This document shows, piece by piece, positions 16,474 through 22,830 of a stretch of 24,000 bases of DNA. This DNA is from Myxococcales bacterium (lineage in GTDB: Bacteria; Myxococcota_A; Bradymonadia; UBA7976; UBA1532). Each line of letters opens with the position of its first letter. Position 1 is the first letter of the stretch. The stretch spans positions 1 through 24,000 of the forward strand of contig CANLBD010000010.1 of assembly GCA_947488215.1 (NCBI GenBank), written 5' to 3'. The translations under genes and the position numbers were made by a program. The notes beneath the pieces were generated by a model. That model was not told the origin of the DNA and ran no database searches. It saw nothing but the letters and a program-made list of their open reading frames with translations.

Positions 16474-17363
16474 TGGCGGGGGCGCGCGCCTGGCTCGAGC
16501 TCATTCGGCTGCCTGCCGTCTTCACGGCCCCCGCGGACGTCCTCGCTGGCGCCGCGCTGACCGGCGCGCTCGCGTCGACGGCGGACACGACGCTCACGGC
16601 CGCACGTCTCGCGGGCGCGGTGCTCGCGAGCGTCGCAGTCTATGCAGCCGGAATGGCGGCGAACGACTACTGCGACGCGCGCATCGACGCGGCAGAGCGG
16701 CCCAACCGACCGATCCCCTCCGGGCGTGTTACCCAGGCGCAAGTGCTGCGCTTCGTGCTGACCCTGCAGCTCCTCGCCGTCCTTATCGCGGGCGTTGTTT
16801 CCGTCGCCGCAGGCGCAGCCGCCCTCGCCACGGTCGGATTGACCTGGCTATATAACGGCCTATTGAAAGACTCGGCGGTCGGGCCGCTCTCCATGGGGGC
16901 GTGCCGATACGGCAACGCGCTGGTCGGCGCGTGCGCGGTCGCGTGGCCCGTGCCCCCGCAGGCTTGGGGAGCGCCGCTCGCGACGCTGCTGTACGTCGCG
17001 GCGATCACCGGCGTATCGCGCTTCGAGGTCGCGGGCGGACGCGGCGGCGCCTATCGGACAGCGGTCGCGGTCTTGGTCGCTCTCAGCGGCATCGCCGGGT
17101 TGGTCGGCGCGCTCCACAACGCCCCCCTCTGGTCGACGCTCGTGGGCCTCGCGCCGACCCTCTGGCTGCTGCGGGCAGTGCGGCCTGCTTGGCCCGAGGC
17201 GAGCGGCGGTGCGGTGCGAGGCATCGTGATGGCGGGCATCTTCGGCATCGCGCTCCTGAACGCCGCGCTCTGCGCTCAGGCGGGTCATCCGCTCATTGCC
17301 GCGCTCGTTGTCGCCCTCGCGGTCAGCGGTCGCTTCGTGGGGCGTCGGTTCTACTCGACCTGA
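16455..17363 (+). CDS. UbiA-superfamily integral-membrane prenyltransferase
   Basis: 302 aa, hydrophobic throughout with about 8-9 predicted helices by eye. The first Asp-rich motif is intact (ANDYCDARIDAAERPNRPIPSGRV), and YNGLLKD follows. ATG 16455 overlaps the MIPS gene by 19 nt and has GAGG 10 nt upstream. The alternative in-frame ATG 16473 overlaps the TGA by 1 nt. Confidence 0.85.
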   Translation: MDRAPLMAGARAWLELIRLPAVFTAPADVLAGAALTGALASTADTTLTAARLAGAVLASVAVYAAGMAANDYCDARIDAAERPNRPIPSGRVTQAQVLRFVLTLQLLAVLIAGVVSVAAGAAALATVGLTWLYNGLLKDSAVGPLSMGACRYGNALVGACAVAWPVPPQAWGAPLATLLYVAAITGVSRFEVAGGRGGAYRTAVAVLVALSGIAGLVGALHNAPLWSTLVGLAPTLWLLRAVRPAWPEASGGAVRGIVMAGIFGIALLNAALCAQAGHPLIAALVVALAVSGRFVGRRFYST

Positions 17364-17378
17364 GGCCCTCGGTCTCGC

Positions 17379-18299
17379 TCAGGGCTTCCGAGACGCCACG
17401 GGCTCGATGACCAGCGTGACCGGCGTGCCGACCGCGGGGATGTCTCTCGTGTTGACCTCAAAGCCCAGGCCTTCGCCGCGGTAGGGGTTGCCGACGTCCT
17501 CGGTCGCCCCGAAGACGCAGGTGTCGTCCGGGATCAACCCGATGACGCTCCGCGCGGAGTCGGCGCTGTAGCTCGCCTCCCAGAAGATGCTGCCCATGAA
17601 CGACCACTCCGCGGCCTTGCCGGGCCGCTTCGTCTTCCGATTCCAGAGCAGGCTCTCGACGGGTACGCGCTCGACCTTGCCCGGCTTGGTCGATGGTCGC
17701 TCGACGAACATGCGGACGCGCGCACCCGCTTTGGAGACGCGGCGGCCGTAAGGCTTGACGTTGACGTATTCGTTCGGCTCGAGGTCGAGCAGGAGCATCG
17801 CCATGTGCAGGTGGCTGGGCACTGCCTGCATCTCAAGCACGGACTCGTGGAGTTTGCCGTTTGCGGTCACCGCGATGTACTCGAGGATGCCCTTCGACAT
17901 GTTGATGCGGGCCGGGACCTCGATGCGTCGCGCGGCGGTGTTGACGCGGATGGCGCCCACCTCGATACGCGCCTCATCGAGCTTGCGAATCGGGATCGCC
18001 CCGGGTCGCGTGTCCGGCGTGCCCGAGCGCGCGGCGTCCCGCATGCGGAGAATATCGGCCGCGCCGGTCGGCGCGCCGTGAATGCGGGGTTGAGGAGGGA
18101 CAGGGGGAGGCAGCTCAATGCGCGGCCGCTTTGCGCGCCGGCCGGGGCCCGTGCCGACATCCGCTTGCAGGCCAGCGTCCGGGATGACGACGCGCGGTCG
18201 ACTCCCCTCCGACCTGTCATCGCTCGGCGCGCAGCCCAGCGCGAGGCCCAGGAAGGCCGAGGCAAGTGTCGCGATACGTTGAGCGCCACCTCGCGTCAT
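17379..18299 (-). CDS. Putative lipoprotein of unknown function
   Basis: I place the start at ATG 18299-18297, giving MTRGGAQRIATLASAFLGLALGC, a signal peptide plus lipobox-like LALGC. This ATG overlaps the stop of the upstream methyltransferase (ATGA). The ORF-track start at 18659 would put 120 Arg-rich residues inside the methyltransferase gene. The conserved-looking core GILEYIAVTANGKLHESVLE reminds me of proteins labelled YdjY-domain, but that is an unverified recollection. Confidence 0.6.
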   Translation of the reverse strand: MTRGGAQRIATLASAFLGLALGCAPSDDRSEGSRPRVVIPDAGLQADVGTGPGRRAKRPRIELPPPVPPQPRIHGAPTGAADILRMRDAARSGTPDTRPGAIPIRKLDEARIEVGAIRVNTAARRIEVPARINMSKGILEYIAVTANGKLHESVLEMQAVPSHLHMAMLLLDLEPNEYVNVKPYGRRVSKAGARVRMFVERPSTKPGKVERVPVESLLWNRKTKRPGKAAEWSFMGSIFWEASYSADSARSVIGLIPDDTCVFGATEDVGNPYRGEGLGFEVNTRDIPAVGTPVTLVIEPVASRKP

Positions 18300-19309
18300 G
18301 CGCGCCTCTGCGCCCGAACAAGGGTGTAGTTGATCGGCGCTGGGAGTCGGTGCACCTCCGTGACATCGAAGCCGACCTCGTCGAGCCAAGCGCGCTGCTC
18401 CGCGACAGAGTGGCAGCGTCCGTCGTGGCTCAGCACGCGCATGTTGAGCTGGAACATGGCGCCAAAGAGCGGGCCCGCGCGGTCGTCGTCGAGCATGACG
18501 TCGCTCAACCAGAGGACCGCGCCTGGCTCGGCCGCCTGCGCGACCTGAGAGAAGATGCGGCGGACACCCTCCGGCTGCTCGCGGTGCAGCACGCCGGAGA
18601 TGAGGAACGCATCGTATCGACCGGGCAGTGCGTCGCGCGTGTAGTCGTAGGCCGTGCACGTCACGCTCGGTGCGGCGCCCATCGACGCGACGATCTCTCG
18701 GGCGATCGCGACGACCCCCGGGAGGTCGAGCACCTCCGCGTGGAGGCCAGGCGTCTTTTGGGTCAGGAGCGCGGAGTACGTCCCCGGCCCCCCGCCGACA
18801 TCGGCGAGCTTCGTTTTGCCGGTGAAATCGACCACAGCCGCGACGGCTCGCCCGACGCCGAGCGCGCGGTGGTGCATGCCGTAGACGAAGTTGCGGGTGC
18901 GCGTGTCATCGGCGCCCAGGTATTGGTTCGGGGACTCTGCGACTTTGCCGGAGCGCACGACGCTGTCCAGGTTCGCCCACAGCGAGAAGACATCGCCGTT
19001 ATAGAGCAACGCAGGCCCTAGGAAGCCGGGGCGGCCTTCGACGAGGAACGCCTCTGCGAGCGCGCTGTTCGTGAACCGCTCACCCTCGCCCTTGCTGCAC
19101 AGCCCCACGTTCGACATCGCGGCGAGGAGCGCGTCCGTGGCGATGGGGTCGGTACCGGCGCGCGTCGCGACGTCGGCCGCAGTGGCCGGCCCGTCGGCAA
19201 GGAGCGTTGGCAGGCGCAGTCGAACCGCAGCGACGAGCGTTGCGCTGCCCCAAAAGGCGGTCGCGAGTTCGATGAGTGCGGCGGGGTTCGGGGCGGCGGG
19301 CGTGGTCAT
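18296..19309 (-). CDS. Class I SAM-dependent O-methyltransferase (family-2 OMT type with N-terminal dimerisation/winged-helix domain)
   Basis: I place the start at ATG 19309-19307 (MTTPAAPNPAALIELATAFWGS...), with GAGG upstream. SAM motif I is LADVGGGPGTY, followed by VLDLP and an acidic loop. Length (337 aa) and layout fit plant/bacterial family-2 OMTs such as CrtF-like enzymes. The ORF-track extension to 19771 is low-complexity and unsupported. Confidence 0.85.
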   Translation of the reverse strand: MTTPAAPNPAALIELATAFWGSATLVAAVRLRLPTLLADGPATAADVATRAGTDPIATDALLAAMSNVGLCSKGEGERFTNSALAEAFLVEGRPGFLGPALLYNGDVFSLWANLDSVVRSGKVAESPNQYLGADDTRTRNFVYGMHHRALGVGRAVAAVVDFTGKTKLADVGGGPGTYSALLTQKTPGLHAEVLDLPGVVAIAREIVASMGAAPSVTCTAYDYTRDALPGRYDAFLISGVLHREQPEGVRRIFSQVAQAAEPGAVLWLSDVMLDDDRAGPLFGAMFQLNMRVLSHDGRCHSVAEQRAWLDEVGFDVTEVHRLPAPINYTLVRAQRRA

Positions 19310-19451
19310 CTCAACCTCGGTCTGGGCGCGTTCGGCCCGCAAGACTAAAGCAAGCGAACGTGGATGGCTACGGCGCCGCTTTCGGGGTTGTCGCGCGCAG
19401 ATTTGTGTGTTGAAACCCCGCTCGACCGCCGCAGCAGCAGGGGAGAGGCAC

Positions 19452-20000
19452 ATGCCTTTCGATTGGTTCAAGCGCATCTTTTCGCGGGACGCCGACACGG
19501 TCGCGCCCGAGACCATCACACTGCCCGATGCAACGGCTGAAGCGACCGTTGAGGCCACAGAAGCCCCCGCAGCGGGGCCAATCTTCGAGAGCCAGCGAGC
19601 CGCTGCCGAGGACGAGGCGTTCGAGGTACCCGAGCCCTCAAGCCTGACGGGTCGCCTCCGCACGCTCGGCGTCGCGCCGTTGTGGGTGCCGAGCCTGCGT
19701 GAGCCCGCGCTCTTGCAGCGCTTGGCTGCCGAAGCCACGCTTTCGGACGCATCGTCGACTTCGCTTGACATTCAGGAGGCCCGTCAACGCTTGGACGCTT
19801 GGCTGGTCCTTGAGCCCACGGACGCCGAAGCGCTCGTCCTTCGCGGGCGAGCGGCCGCGCTCCTCGGAGATTCACGCGGGGCTCGCGCGGACTTCGAGGC
19901 CGCGCTCGAAGACGCGCACGTGGGAGCAGAGGCGCGGGCTGCGCTTGATGCTCTACCGACAGGCGAGCCGACGCTTGAGACACCTGCGGTGGAGGGCTGA
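19452..20000 (+). CDS. Small protein with an acidic linker and a C-terminal TPR-like motif
   Basis: I prefer ATG 19452 (MPFDWFKRIFSRD...), which is preceded by GGGAGAGG. The ORF-track start at 19071 would overlap the divergent methyltransferase. The C-terminus reads ARQRLDAWLVLEPTDAEALVLRGRAAALLGDSRGARADFEAALE. The stop is 2 nt before the next ATG, whose SD sequence (GGAGGG) lies inside this gene. Confidence 0.5.
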   Translation: MPFDWFKRIFSRDADTVAPETITLPDATAEATVEATEAPAAGPIFESQRAAAEDEAFEVPEPSSLTGRLRTLGVAPLWVPSLREPALLQRLAAEATLSDASSTSLDIQEARQRLDAWLVLEPTDAEALVLRGRAAALLGDSRGARADFEAALEDAHVGAEARAALDALPTGEPTLETPAVEG

Positions 20001-20002
20001 CG

Positions 20003-22822
20003 ATGCATCTGCGCGCGATCGAGCAGGAGAAGTCGAAGGCGGATGACGCGTTCTCTCGCGGCGCGCTCACGGACGCTGCCGCGTCTCTCGAGGCCATTGA
20101 GGCCGCCTACCAGCGCCTCGGTTTTCACGAGGGCCTCGCTACGCTGCGATACAATCGCCTGCTCATGGCCGTGGAAGCCGACGAGCGGGCTGAGTTGCCG
20201 CGTGTGGGCCGGGCGCTCGCGGAGACCCTTCGTTGTCTCGAGCCGCCTGCGACGCCCCTGATCCTGCAGGTCGCAGCGGGGCTCAAGCGCCTGCTCGCTG
20301 GCTCAGTGCGCGGGCTCGACGCGGCGCTCGAAGCCGAGCTCCTTGAGCTCGCGGCGTGGCTCGGCGGCGATGCTCTTGAGGCCGAGGCGACCACATCGAG
20401 CCGAGAATGGCCGACTCTGCCGACGCGTGAGGCGTCGACGCTCGGGGCGGAAGACGCCGCGCGTGTCCTCATTCAGAGCGCAGGCGCTGGCCTGCTCGCT
20501 GGCCTCGGCGCGACCGAGGCCCCGCCCGCGCTCGCGCTGACCGCGCTGGAATCGGCGCGCGTCGCCGCGCTCGCCGGAAACGTCGAGCAGCAGTACATCG
20601 AGCTCGTGCGCGCGTTCGAGTTGACCGCGCCCCGCGAGCCGCGCACGGCGCTCGACATTCAGGCGTCACTCAACGTCCTGGAGAGCGGGACGCTTCCGCC
20701 TTCTCTTGACTATCGCTCAACCTTGCCCCGAGAGCGTCGGCTCCGCGTCGCCGCGGGCCTGCATGCGCGGATCGCGCGGGTGGTCGCACGGCAAGCGGGT
20801 TCGGAGAGCGTCGCTGCGGTCCAGTGGCGCCACGTCGAGTCTGTCGCCACCGCAGCCCTCGGGCACGCCGCTGCCCGACGTGACCGGGGCGCGCTGCAGA
20901 CGGACGACGGGGAGCACGAGGCGCAGCTCACGCTCATGGTCGCCGAGGCGCGTCGAGCGTTGGGGCACGTGAGTGAAGGGCTCGCCTACCTTGAGCCCTT
21001 CATCGCGCGCGCTCGACGCGGCGCGTTCGGCCGACGGGAAACCTCGGTGCGCGTCCTCTCCGGTTATGCGGAGTTCCAAGAGCGCCTCGGGCGCCTCGAT
21101 GAAGCCGCTGAAGCTTGGCGGGAGGCGGCTGAGTTGGCCTTGCCAGGCGCGTGCGGCTCGCGCCGACCCATGGTGCTCGCACAGATTGTCGGCGACGCGA
21201 TGGACGAGGGCTTGGTGGATTGCGTCGTGCTCGGCGCGATCGCGCTCGCCGGTGTGGCGCGCACACGCGACGTGGACGAGCCTGAGCATGCGCGCCTCGT
21301 CCTCGGCGCCGCGCACACATTGATGTCCTTCGCGCGTCGCGACCTTGATCCAGCAGACTTTGGGCACGCGATGCTCTGGATCGAGCTGAGCCTCGCTCGC
21401 TTCGGAGACGCTGTGGCGGCTGGACGCGCTCGAGAGCTCGCGCGCGCCCGTCAAGACCCAGAGGCGCTCGCTCTGGGCGGGCTCCTTCAAGCGCTCACGA
21501 CCCCGACGGCCGATACACCGCAGGGGCGACGTGCGGCGCGCGCGGCCTTCGTTCAGGTCGCCCTGGAGTCGGTTCGGGCGACGGCGGGTGCAGTCCGTCG
21601 GGCCACCGAACTCTGCGCGGCGCACGCATGTCGGGCCATCGCCGTCGAGACGGTCGCCGACTGGTCTCGCGTCGAGGTTCACCTGCGCCGCTATGCCGAG
21701 GCGGCTCGTCCCGGCGCCTTCCTGGACGGCGCCGGACCTTGGGACCTGTGTCTACCGACCACGCTGCCGACGACGCGGGACGCGCTCCTCGACGCCCTCG
21801 TCGACGCGGGGCGCGTTGCCGCGGTTCACCGCAGCCTCACGACGTCGCGCCTCGGTGAGCTTGCACCACAGACGCCACCTGCGCTCGCCGCAGATGAGGC
21901 GCACCTGGAGTTCCATCCGCGGCTCGCTGAGGTGTGGGTCTTCGTTCGCGTAGCCGACCTGCCGCTCACGCTGGTCCGGATCGGTGAGTCGGTCGCAGGC
22001 GTGGATGCGCGCGTCGATGAGCTCCTCGAGGCGCTCACCCTGCGCGGCGAGGACGCGCGACGCGAAGTTCAGCAACGCGCGCAGGCTGTATTTCGCGCGT
22101 TGGTCGCGCCGTGCATCGGTGCCCTGAGCGGCGTCACGCGGCTCCTCGTGACGGCAACGGGCTGCCTCGCGCGTGTGCCCTTCGGTGTGCTCCTCGGCGA
22201 CCAGTTTCTGTGCGAGCGCTTCGACATCGCGCGCACCTTCGCGGCACCCGCGGTGGCCGCACCGCGCGAGGCGGTGGACCGTGACCCCCGTCGTCTCGTC
22301 GTGCTCGGCGACGCAGTCACCTCGCGTGACCTGGGCCTGTGCGAGCTTGAGCGGGACGGGGTGTGGTCCGCGGTCCATGTCGTCTCGGATGCAGAGGACC
22401 TGCACGACGAGGCGCTCGACGCTCGATTGGCCGGCGCGCGGTGCGTCCACTTGGTCGGTGCCGTCGCTGCGCGCTGCGTTGAGCTGCGCGAAGGCCACCC
22501 CGCCTCGCTTCAGGCGCTTGGCGCTCGCCTTCGCCGCGCGGGCGTGGCCGTCGTTGTCCTCGACGGACCCGTGGATGGTCCAGAGGCGGACGCCGCGCTC
22601 TCAGCGCTCATCGAGGGGGGCTGCGACGCAGTCATCGTGCGACGTTGGGCGGGCGACGAGGACGGCACGTTCCTGCGGGAGCTCGTCCGGGCTTGCGCGC
22701 GGGCCGAGGCAGCCGCTGACGTGACGCGTGCGCTCGCCGAGACGCGCCGCGCAGCCGTGAGAGCGCGGCTCCCGGCGCGAGCGTGGATGGCCTACGAGGT
22801 CTTCGAGCGCGAGCGGGCCTGA
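20003..22822 (+). CDS. TPR-like helical repeat protein with a C-terminal CHAT-like domain that apparently lacks the catalytic His/Cys
   Basis: 939 aa. The C-terminal ~300 aa follow the CHAT layout: LLVTATGCLARVPFGVLL, VHLVGAV where CHAT has HxxxHG, VVVLDGPVDG where CHAT has vvLSaCxtg, ALIEGGCDAVIVRRWAGDEDGTFL, and a final ALAETRRAAV..RAWMAYEVF. The assignment is by eye and needs an HMM search. Confidence 0.55.
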   Translation: MHLRAIEQEKSKADDAFSRGALTDAAASLEAIEAAYQRLGFHEGLATLRYNRLLMAVEADERAELPRVGRALAETLRCLEPPATPLILQVAAGLKRLLAGSVRGLDAALEAELLELAAWLGGDALEAEATTSSREWPTLPTREASTLGAEDAARVLIQSAGAGLLAGLGATEAPPALALTALESARVAALAGNVEQQYIELVRAFELTAPREPRTALDIQASLNVLESGTLPPSLDYRSTLPRERRLRVAAGLHARIARVVARQAGSESVAAVQWRHVESVATAALGHAAARRDRGALQTDDGEHEAQLTLMVAEARRALGHVSEGLAYLEPFIARARRGAFGRRETSVRVLSGYAEFQERLGRLDEAAEAWREAAELALPGACGSRRPMVLAQIVGDAMDEGLVDCVVLGAIALAGVARTRDVDEPEHARLVLGAAHTLMSFARRDLDPADFGHAMLWIELSLARFGDAVAAGRARELARARQDPEALALGGLLQALTTPTADTPQGRRAARAAFVQVALESVRATAGAVRRATELCAAHACRAIAVETVADWSRVEVHLRRYAEAARPGAFLDGAGPWDLCLPTTLPTTRDALLDALVDAGRVAAVHRSLTTSRLGELAPQTPPALAADEAHLEFHPRLAEVWVFVRVADLPLTLVRIGESVAGVDARVDELLEALTLRGEDARREVQQRAQAVFRALVAPCIGALSGVTRLLVTATGCLARVPFGVLLGDQFLCERFDIARTFAAPAVAAPREAVDRDPRRLVVLGDAVTSRDLGLCELERDGVWSAVHVVSDAEDLHDEALDARLAGARCVHLVGAVAARCVELREGHPASLQALGARLRRAGVAVVVLDGPVDGPEADAALSALIEGGCDAVIVRRWAGDEDGTFLRELVRACARAEAAADVTRALAETRRAAVRARLPARAWMAYEVFERERA

Positions 22823-22830
22823 GGCCGCGA

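Noticed and set aside
17364-17400. A GTCTCG...CGAGAC inverted repeat at the convergent UbiA/lipoprotein junction, considered as a bidirectional terminator.
   Set aside because: The stem is only 6 bp with an 11-nt loop, there is no U-tract on either strand, and the 3' arm lies inside the lipoprotein coding sequence. This is too weak to call.
18300-18659. N-terminal 120-aa extension of the lipoprotein ORF given in the ORF track (start 18659).
   Set aside because: The extension is Arg-rich, lies wholly inside the methyltransferase CDS in another frame, and precedes an internal ATG. That ATG yields a proper signal peptide/lipobox and an ATGA overlap with the methyltransferase stop.
14423-19309. 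The idea that the cyclitol/prenyl locus is a horizontally acquired island.
   Set aside because: By eye, base composition and third-position GC bias are indistinguishable from the flanking housekeeping genes. There are no flanking tRNA genes, integrases, direct repeats or IS remnants in the window. Nothing here supports the idea, and a computed GC/codon-usage scan would be needed.
19310-19771. Upstream 154-aa extension of the methyltransferase ORF (track start 19771), and the reciprocal extension of the + ORF from 19071 to 19451.
   Set aside because: Both extensions are Ser/Ala/Arg low-complexity and overlap each other and the real genes. Internal ATGs at 19309 (-) and 19452 (+) have SD-like sequences and leave a sensible 142-nt divergent intergenic region.
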